The position numbers and the translations under genes were made by a program. From a virus (Duplodnaviria; Caudoviricetes): a stretch of DNA of 64,000 bases. The stretch is from IMG/VR virus record IMGVR_UViG_3300047283_000054; one strand, 5' to 3'. Positions 56,711-64,000 of this stretch are shown piece by piece. The notes beneath the pieces are model-generated. The model did no database searches and had not been told where the DNA came from. It saw only the letters and a list, made by a program, of their open reading frames with translations. How positions within the stretch are numbered: position 1 is the first letter of the stretch; every line of letters begins with the position of its first letter.

Positions 56711-58110
56711 TGTATATTATCCCACCATGTTAATAATTTAGGGTTTTGACTATATATGTTACGCATTGTGACTTTTTCATCACCGCGAATTTTTTCTAAA
56801 TGTTCAACCCAACGTTTGCCATTCAATCTTGCAGTTTTATACTTATCAGGCCATTCTTCTTCATGCGTTTTGCGGCTGTCTTTTAATGCCTGTAAATTGC
56901 CAATAAAACTACGTTGTTTCCAAGTAGCACGTGATTTGCAATATAAAAGTATATCATCTACCATTTCATTTAGTATTTCACGTGGCCAACTGGTTGGACT
57001 CCACATGATATCTGGATGAAATGCAAATGTAATCTTTGTAATAATTTCAACATCTAACTCAATGCTCAAATCAAACAACTCTTTTAATGAGAACATTCCC
57101 GGGGCTGTAATAGTTAAGTCTAACTTCATTTTGTCTTTGCCACCGGGCAATGCCAATCCTTGTTTAAAATTTTCTAACCATTTGTCCCATTTGATTCCAG
57201 TACGAATGTATTCTACAATATCACCTGTACCATCAATACTTGCACACATCATCCAATCTTTATAGTGTGGTAGATAGTCATATAAGTTTTTCTGACCAAA
57301 TTGAACACGACTTAAATTGCTATTATAACGCATATAACAATTCTTAGCAGAACCATTTTTTAACATTTCTTCTAATGTCCACCAATGCACATCATACATC
57401 AATGGTTCTCCACCAACCCAATACATTTCTTCAACAATACCGCGACTTACTGCATCACGAAACTCTGGTTCAACTACAGTTTGTTGAAAGTCTTGCATCG
57501 CAGATTTAATTTCAGGAATCATAAAAGGTTGATTTTTAGGAGTCCACATGTTATTAATCTTTTTTTCAGTTTCCCATGTTGAACTCAATTGTTCACCACA
57601 CATGCGACACTTAAAGTTACATAGATTGCTGAAACGGTAGTCAAAACTTATTGGCTCCATTGAAGTAAATCCAGTATCGTCTGTGGTATCAAATGCTTGT
57701 TGAATTTTATCTTTAAACAATACACCAGTGAACCATCCACGATAGCTTTCACCCTCCATCAATAAGTTTTTATTACACACATCACATTGAGGTATCTCTT
57801 CTCCTCGCATTAGTTTTACACGAATATCTTTCATGTACTCACTATTCCAATGTTCTTTTAAACTTATAGGTTGATAGTCATCTAATGCTGTTTTGCTTTC
57901 AGTTACAGTACCATACTTTGAATCGTTACTACTATCAATGTATTGCTTCTGGAAAGAATGTTCTTCACGTGATGCACAACACATCCTACGTTCGCTTTGC
58001 GGGCTAATGTAAGTATGTGTCCACGGTGCCATACAAAATACTTTGTTTGGACTGTCAGGGTGGGGTTTTGCATCTGTACCCCATATTGGTATTATTTTAT
58101 TAGTATCCAT
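56707..58110 (-). CDS. Radical SAM protein (subfamily B)
   Basis: FCMAPW...MCC...CDVC; CNFKCRMC; VGGEP. Confidence 0.9.
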   Translation of the reverse strand: MDTNKIIPIWGTDAKPHPDSPNKVFCMAPWTHTYISPQSERRMCCASREEHSFQKQYIDSSNDSKYGTVTESKTALDDYQPISLKEHWNSEYMKDIRVKLMRGEEIPQCDVCNKNLLMEGESYRGWFTGVLFKDKIQQAFDTTDDTGFTSMEPISFDYRFSNLCNFKCRMCGEQLSSTWETEKKINNMWTPKNQPFMIPEIKSAMQDFQQTVVEPEFRDAVSRGIVEEMYWVGGEPLMYDVHWWTLEEMLKNGSAKNCYMRYNSNLSRVQFGQKNLYDYLPHYKDWMMCASIDGTGDIVEYIRTGIKWDKWLENFKQGLALPGGKDKMKLDLTITAPGMFSLKELFDLSIELDVEIITKITFAFHPDIMWSPTSWPREILNEMVDDILLYCKSRATWKQRSFIGNLQALKDSRKTHEEEWPDKYKTARLNGKRWVEHLEKIRGDEKVTMRNIYSQNPKLLTWWDNIQ

Positions 58111-59260
58111 ATTCTTTTGCTAATTCTTGGTATTCAGGAAACACATCTATAAATGATTGATTTCTACGGAGATCAACTTCTTTGAGTGACTTAAAGGCTA
58201 ACGGTAGTAAGAGTGTTTTATCGGCTGAATTCATATAATCAATTATATATTTACATTTAGAAGTTGTACTTAGTAGAGGAATACTTTCTAAATATTCTTT
58301 TGCTTTTTTCTTTATGTTTGCTGGTAGATTTTGAATCGAGAATTTGGGTTCCCACATTGCATTAAAGTTAAATTCAAAATTACCGTTATTTATTTTTTTA
58401 ATCTCATCTAATAATTCACCAATTCTAAATAAAGTAGGCCAAGCTAAAGTGATTATATAAAGAATATCTACGTTATTTGATTTATTTTTTATATCCCTAA
58501 TATTATTCGCAATAGTATCCCAATCGGCACCTGATCCGGGGCGCCAATAATCAACTGCTGAACCAGAAACGTCTAAACTTACTCTATATAAAATTTTATT
58601 AAAATGCTTCCATTTTTCAGTAATATGTGTTCCCTTAAAGGTGATGTTACTGCCATTACTATAATATAATAGGTCAATCTTTTTGTTGTTAGCAATAAGA
58701 TGGTCTAAAAACTCCCAATGCTGCCAATGTAACATTGGTTCGCCTCCGCTAAAAGTAACAGCTTCTAACTCATCGGTGTATTGTTTAATTTCATTTAACA
58801 CAAAATCTTCTGTAGGGCCGGCGAATTTTAATATAGGGCCATTGTATCTACCGTATGTTTTTTCTTCACTTGCTATTGCAGAACTTACACTACTATAGCA
58901 TATCCTACATTTGCAATTGCATAAGTTAGAAAATCGAACTTCAACGTGTTGTATTTTTGTTTTTTCGTAAATACTTTTATCAGGAAATCTTTGTAAAATT
59001 CCCGAGCGCATTGAATGAAATCCAATATCCTCGTATTTATAGCATCGCTCATTGCAATATCCTGTAGTCCTAACTTCATTTATCATATCAGTTTTGATTT
59101 GTGATAGTGGTTTAGAATTTAGATATTCTGTTACGGAAACTGCGGACACTAACGGATTAAGCGAACACGGCCCCATTCTATTCGTCATATCATAATATAA
59201 TGAATTGAAGGGATAGGGGCACTTAACTGTTTGCGTATGATCCGTAAGATACTCACTCAT
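58100..59260 (-). CDS. Radical SAM protein (subfamily B-like)
   Basis: KCPYPF...GPC...CNERC; CNCKCRIC; SGGEP. Confidence 0.9.
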   Translation of the reverse strand: MSEYLTDHTQTVKCPYPFNSLYYDMTNRMGPCSLNPLVSAVSVTEYLNSKPLSQIKTDMINEVRTTGYCNERCYKYEDIGFHSMRSGILQRFPDKSIYEKTKIQHVEVRFSNLCNCKCRICYSSVSSAIASEEKTYGRYNGPILKFAGPTEDFVLNEIKQYTDELEAVTFSGGEPMLHWQHWEFLDHLIANNKKIDLLYYSNGSNITFKGTHITEKWKHFNKILYRVSLDVSGSAVDYWRPGSGADWDTIANNIRDIKNKSNNVDILYIITLAWPTLFRIGELLDEIKKINNGNFEFNFNAMWEPKFSIQNLPANIKKKAKEYLESIPLLSTTSKCKYIIDYMNSADKTLLLPLAFKSLKEVDLRRNQSFIDVFPEYQELAKEYGY

Positions 59261-60783
59261 TGTAAATCTGGGTTGACAAACACATCTTTACTTGGATCCT
59301 CTGGTGGATGATCTGGTATTAAATCAACACCCTGACGATAATTTTGTGTGTTAATTTCCTCTGCAGTGGGTAGCTCTGTTTGAATACTATCATAGAATGC
59401 GACAAACTCTGGTGGGAAAGTATTACGGAAATTTTTACCACGACGGACATCATACTGGGCATAGAACTGTTTGAAGTCTCTACGATTCTGTTCAATGTCT
59501 TTAACATTCTTGTGCGGTGTCTTAATAACGTCAAGGTAATCAATCAATCGTTGAGTCTGTTCTCGCTCAATACTCATAAGCATTTGTTTACCATCAGTAG
59601 TACGGAAATCCATAGCAATTTGATTATCTAACCATACTTGCAATTGGTCTTTATACTTTTGACGAATCTCTGTTGGTAACATAGCACAAGATTGAAAGCT
59701 AGGGAAACGCAATATGTTTAAGCTCATTGTAGGATAAACTGTATTATGAATCTTTTTGAATTCCATCATCTGATCCATGAATTGAACAATACTTGCCAAA
59801 CATAAACTATTGATAGTCATCATCATGTGAGTCTTTTTGATGTTGCCTTCAGTATGTAATCTACCTAAGTTATGAATCCATTTGTTCCAATCGAATCCAT
59901 CACGAATATATTCAGCATGAGCACCAAACGCTTCACAACTTGTGTATACTTCCATATATGGAACAAAGTGACTATACTCAATCAACTTGTCCATAATCTC
60001 ATCTTTAGGAACTAAGTTACTATTAATTGCATAACGCAACACTTTGCCATCTGGACGATTAGTAGCACGTTCTTGGTTGTTACGGAACCATTCAAACAAC
60101 TTCCATACGCCCGGGGCCATTAATGGCTCACCACCTGTAATGCGAATTTCTTCTAAGTTGTCTGCAAGACCATCTTCCCACCAACGCCAGAACGCTTGAC
60201 TGTATGGGTTGATTTCATCTGGTAATGGTTTAGCATGGTCAGCTTCGTTAATAAAGTGACTACGTGCGTCACCATCGATATTACGATAAGGACCAAACTT
60301 ATGAATATCTTTAACCCATGTTGTACTGAAACTTGGGTTGCAATAACTACAAGCAAAGTTACATGTACGGTCAAAAGAGATTTCTAATGTTTTTAACATT
60401 GTATTCTCTTGCCAATCTGCTTTAGCAGTATGTAGGATATGTTCTTCTTCAAACACAGCAGTTTTATAAACACGGTCACTCATGTTATCACGACCAATAT
60501 CTTCAATCTTCCAGCAGTATTCACACTCTTGCGGACGTTTACCTTCTTGCATTAACTTACGCATATACTTCTTATGCGGAGTATTGTGAATTGCGGATGG
60601 ATTAGTGAGTAACTCTGCCGCATCAATTTGATGACCCAATGGGTGGTGACAACTTGTTGTTTGTCCGTTGCCTAACCAGATAGTAGCGTTAAGCCATTTA
60701 GCGGCACAATAACTGTCGCTAATAGGATCGATAAGTCTTGCTTTATATTGTGCGAATGATTCTTCGTGTTTCTTGCCTGCCAT
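59257..60783 (-). CDS. Radical SAM protein (subfamily A)
   Basis: YCAAKW...SCHHP...IHNT...CEYCW; CNFACSYC; TGGEP. Confidence 0.9.
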   Translation of the reverse strand: MAGKKHEESFAQYKARLIDPISDSYCAAKWLNATIWLGNGQTTSCHHPLGHQIDAAELLTNPSAIHNTPHKKYMRKLMQEGKRPQECEYCWKIEDIGRDNMSDRVYKTAVFEEEHILHTAKADWQENTMLKTLEISFDRTCNFACSYCNPSFSTTWVKDIHKFGPYRNIDGDARSHFINEADHAKPLPDEINPYSQAFWRWWEDGLADNLEEIRITGGEPLMAPGVWKLFEWFRNNQERATNRPDGKVLRYAINSNLVPKDEIMDKLIEYSHFVPYMEVYTSCEAFGAHAEYIRDGFDWNKWIHNLGRLHTEGNIKKTHMMMTINSLCLASIVQFMDQMMEFKKIHNTVYPTMSLNILRFPSFQSCAMLPTEIRQKYKDQLQVWLDNQIAMDFRTTDGKQMLMSIEREQTQRLIDYLDVIKTPHKNVKDIEQNRRDFKQFYAQYDVRRGKNFRNTFPPEFVAFYDSIQTELPTAEEINTQNYRQGVDLIPDHPPEDPSKDVFVNPDLQ

Positions 60784-60791
60784 TTTATTCC

Positions 60792-62360
60792 TTAATGTTT
60801 AGTGTGCGATTTGATACATTCTCTCCAGTAACTCTTTAGTTCCGGAAACGTTTCCATAAAATTCGTTTGCCTGCGTCTATCATATTCAGTGATGAACATG
60901 TAGAAGTTCTTCTTATTTAGTAATAGTTGCTCTTGGGGTAGAGATTCTTTCATTATAGCAAGGTCTCGCTTGATTTTCAATAGCTCATATGGTTTAAATC
61001 CCTCAAATGTTTCCAAATAGTCGTCACCCTGTACATTATCTTCCATGTACTTTAAGCAACGTTCTACTTCATCGATACCATATTGTCCTGCATTTTGAAT
61101 ACTGAACCAAGGAGGGTATCTTAGTATTGGAATGTCAAAGAATACACGTTGGTATTTCTTTTGGGTATAGACTTTGTGAACAATGTCGTTCTCTTTTTCT
61201 GTTTCTGTTTGTTCTGGTGCAATCTCAAATTCAACTTGACTACGACCACCAAACTCTGCTCTTAACTCTAATACCATTTCTAAGAACTTATGTAAGCTAG
61301 GAATAGACATGATGTTAAACGTATTAATAAAGCTAACAGTACTATACTTTGTTTCACGTAAAAAGGTTCTTACATTATTAAGCATACGTTCAAACTCTAA
61401 GCCAGTACGCATATATTCAGCTTGTTCACCGAATCCATCTAATGATACAAATAACCAAAAGTGTTTGAATCCTTTATCTACATACCAATGATTGCCACTG
61501 AACTCATTAAAGTTTTCTTTATCTTCGTATGTACGTAGTTCTTCAATTGCTTTAACTTTCTCAATAAACTTGTCAAACAACTTCTGGTCGGGAGGACACA
61601 TATTGCTTGTGATAGATAACTCAAGTTGGCCGTGAGGATTCTCATTCACGTAGTCAAGTACTTTGAATGTGTTCTTGTCCATGAGTGGCTCACCACCTGT
61701 CATTCTGAATACACGTAGTTTGCGATAGATTTCAGGAAACCATTGCCAGAATGCTTCAACATAAGGATTGTCTTTGTTTGCAACCTTAAGTGGCATCATC
61801 CCTTTTTGTTCTAATGCCTCTAAGTTATTATGTATCATTCCGGTTAATTGATAACCACCGTGCTTCTTAACTTCTTCTTCCCAACTACTGGAAAGATGTG
61901 GACTACAATACATACATTTAAAGTTACATGCTTGATTGAAATTGACTTCTACGTATCGAGGGACAACATCATAGTCAAATTTATTTTGAGTAACTTCTTC
62001 AAACGTAGGTGCATTCCACCACTCACTACTGCGATAGTGTCTATCACTCATATGACCTTTAGGATCATCACTTATAGCATCTTCTACTTTCCAGCAGTAA
62101 CTACAACCTTCTGGTCGTTTGCCTTCAAGCATTTGTTTACGTTCGTGTATTTTGATGGGAGTATTATGTAAAGCACTAGGTTGTAATTTTAATAAGTCCA
62201 AGGGGATTTTGTGTGTGGGTGGGTGGTAACAACTCTGTGTCAATCCACTAGGTAAGTGAATTGATACTTGTTGCCATTTAGCAAGACACAAAGATGGGCT
62301 GACCGCATTTAAGCGGTCACGCATATCACGGGCAAACTGGTCGTACTCGCCGCTCATCAC
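60792..62360 (-). CDS. Radical SAM protein (subfamily A)
   Basis: LCLAKW...SCYHP...LHNT...CSYCW; CNFKCMYC; TGGEP. Confidence 0.9.
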   Translation of the reverse strand: MMSGEYDQFARDMRDRLNAVSPSLCLAKWQQVSIHLPSGLTQSCYHPPTHKIPLDLLKLQPSALHNTPIKIHERKQMLEGKRPEGCSYCWKVEDAISDDPKGHMSDRHYRSSEWWNAPTFEEVTQNKFDYDVVPRYVEVNFNQACNFKCMYCSPHLSSSWEEEVKKHGGYQLTGMIHNNLEALEQKGMMPLKVANKDNPYVEAFWQWFPEIYRKLRVFRMTGGEPLMDKNTFKVLDYVNENPHGQLELSITSNMCPPDQKLFDKFIEKVKAIEELRTYEDKENFNEFSGNHWYVDKGFKHFWLFVSLDGFGEQAEYMRTGLEFERMLNNVRTFLRETKYSTVSFINTFNIMSIPSLHKFLEMVLELRAEFGGRSQVEFEIAPEQTETEKENDIVHKVYTQKKYQRVFFDIPILRYPPWFSIQNAGQYGIDEVERCLKYMEDNVQGDDYLETFEGFKPYELLKIKRDLAIMKESLPQEQLLLNKKNFYMFITEYDRRRQTNFMETFPELKSYWRECIKSHTKH

Positions 62361-63310
62361 CAGCCCTGAATCTGACGAATAACTTCCATCTCTGTTACCA
62401 GTGGGCCACGATTGTATTTGTCTGCACCATAGTGACGTTTAAAGAATTTACTTTGTAAGCCATCTAATGTGGCCATCGGTAGTCCTAGTTTATTATTCAA
62501 TGCGGCTCCTAGTAATGCTGATTCACGCACAGGATCTCTATTCACGTGTTCTTCCCACAACGTGATGTAGTTATCAAACCATTGAACATTGGCGTGATCC
62601 CATTCAGTAAGCATAGTCATGTATGTACCAAGACGGGCACCATATATAGCCCATTCACCGTTCTCAACATCCATACCAACATTATGCCATATCGTTAAGT
62701 TATCTAAGTTACGACTTGCTACTGTTTCTTTAAATTGATCCACAGTAGGACGAGCACCTCTATCTAAACTCATCTTAACACCTTCACGAAAACCTGCACG
62801 CCAAGCTTGAAATGGTGTCATATTTGGATATGTAGTTGAATAGCAATCCCACATAGCCCAATATAAGTTATCATCCCCGCCCATACAGAAGTCAGCAATA
62901 CGTGATACATCACCGTCTTTTTGATGTTCATGTGTTTTCATATTAGCAACATATTCTTTAGTCCAACTGCTCATGCCACCATTACCATAACGCAATCCGT
63001 TAATGTTATTGATAGCTTTCCAACGAAACTGTGCTTGTCTAAACTTTTCGTCTTTGTCAGTAAAGTCTAATTGAATGTTGAAGAAACTTTCTTCAGGCAT
63101 GTTGTCGCCGTCAATTAGAATGAAGCGTTCTGTGTCACTCGCTTCACCGGCGGCTTTGTGTGCCGCATCACTGCCCTTAACATTGTCAACACGCTTTGCC
63201 CAAGGCACCATGTGTTTAACTTTAAGCCAAAATTCTTCTTTCTGTGGTTCATCATAGCTTAGATAAATGCAATCTAAGTCTGCTACATCAATAATATCAT
63301 TCGAGTTCAT
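62357..63310 (-). CDS. Putative GT-A-fold glycosyltransferase
   Basis: DCIYLSYDEP...VKGSDAAHKAA...FILIDGDN (DxD), NGLRYGNGG, WRAGFRE. Confidence 0.55.
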   Translation of the reverse strand: MNSNDIIDVADLDCIYLSYDEPQKEEFWLKVKHMVPWAKRVDNVKGSDAAHKAAGEASDTERFILIDGDNMPEESFFNIQLDFTDKDEKFRQAQFRWKAINNINGLRYGNGGMSSWTKEYVANMKTHEHQKDGDVSRIADFCMGGDDNLYWAMWDCYSTTYPNMTPFQAWRAGFREGVKMSLDRGARPTVDQFKETVASRNLDNLTIWHNVGMDVENGEWAIYGARLGTYMTMLTEWDHANVQWFDNYITLWEEHVNRDPVRESALLGAALNNKLGLPMATLDGLQSKFFKRHYGADKYNRGPLVTEMEVIRQIQGW

Positions 63311-63632
63311 ATGTTGTTAATTTCCAATTAATAGTTTTACCTTTGTAGGTTTTATCTACTATAATACTAATATCTTCTTCAGCACAAGCAATACCATCTT
63401 CCTTACTAGGCATAAGCTTTGATACAACTGCACTTGCAACTACAGTAGAAATTTTCCCGTCAATGACTCTAACGTCCGGTCTACCTATAGCATATGTTGT
63501 TGCATCAATTACGATGTAGTTACCTTCAGGCTTCTCACAACTGTAGAAAAGCACTTTACCTTTATCGTCATAGTAAAGTCTGAATTCAGGTTTGATGATA
63601 GCTGGAGCTTCCCAGAGTATTACATGTTCCAT
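63297..63632 (-). CDS. Hypothetical protein
   Basis: 111-aa ORF; EFRLYYD. Confidence 0.7.
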   Translation of the reverse strand: MEHVILWEAPAIIKPEFRLYYDDKGKVLFYSCEKPEGNYIVIDATTYAIGRPDVRVIDGKISTVVASAVVSKLMPSKEDGIACAEEDISIIVDKTYKGKTINWKLTTYELE

Positions 63633-64000
63633 TTATATTTCTCTATTAGTTTATCACTAAATGACTTTATATGATAGTGAAATGGATATTCTTGTACGTA
63701 TGTGTTCACCTTAATTGCATCGGTGGTACATTCGTATACAAGAGTATCAGTCCAATTTTCAGTAAATGTTCCGGTAATAAATTGCTTCATATGAGTCATT
63801 GACAATTCATTAAAATTAGGTAGTGTAGTTTTTTCTACTCCAATAATATGACTTGCAATAGCGTATACCCAATCAGTAGTTGCTTCTTCTGTTGGATTAC
63901 ATTTTAATATTGCTTTATATTCTTCCCAATTCTCAAACACATTTCTGACAATACCAAAGAATTGTTCTGCTGTCTCAGACTTTTTAAAATAAGTAATGGC
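63620..64000 (-). CDS. Partial gene (5' end outside window), possibly glycosyltransferase-like
   Basis: Frame is open to the window edge (AITYFKKSETAEQFF...); C-terminal PFHYHIK. Confidence 0.5.
   Translation of the reverse strand, partial: AITYFKKSETAEQFFGIVRNVFENWEEYKAILKCNPTEEATTDWVYAIASHIIGVEKTTLPNFNELSMTHMKQFITGTFTENWTDTLVYECTTDAIKVNTYVQEYPFHYHIKSFSDKLIEKYKWNM

Noticed and set aside
1045-63257. Numerous short + strand and nested ORFs in the track (e.g. 1309-1635, 12471-12851, 23701-24105, 23726-24127, 36957-37346)
   Set aside because: They are antisense or alternate-frame shadows of well-supported minus-strand genes, with no RBS or recognisable motifs.
1-64000. Alternative genetic code (stop-codon reassignment)
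   Set aside because: Genes are full length and tightly packed under the standard code, and TAA, TAG and TGA all serve as stops.

Overview
This is a 64-kb segment of a large, AT-rich, T4-like (myovirus-type) dsDNA phage genome with almost all genes on the minus strand. The host is inferred to be a Gram-negative bacterium, probably a betaproteobacterium (spanin pair, PstS, CGGGG lipoprotein, tmRNA tag ANDEHFALAA). Core genes include uvsX, uvsY, gp32 SSB, gp17 terminase, thyA, a gp9/gp10-like baseplate protein, spanins and putative head internal proteins. Auxiliary genes include pstS with a triple Pho box, a MoxR-vWA pair, a DUF4214/S-layer-like protein and a GH113-like lipoprotein. Three things stand out. 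(1) The window has 18 radical-SAM genes; 15 lie in one ~21.5-kb co-oriented array (40851-62360) embedded among a carbamoyltransferase, three SGNH-like proteins, an SDR, GT-like proteins, a 1355-aa tandem-repeat protein and an unannotated 34-aa peptide, which suggests an uncharacterised phage glycan or surface-tailoring pathway. (2) There is a circularly permuted (two-piece) tmRNA gene whose intervening segment carries a 23-bp tandem repeat. (3) Expression signals are bimodal: sigma70-type TTGACAATAAAT early promoters precede SD-led genes, while T4-late-like TAAATA motifs sit only 4-7 nt before SD-less start codons, suggesting leaderless late mRNAs. All family calls come from motif recognition by eye; no database searches were run.
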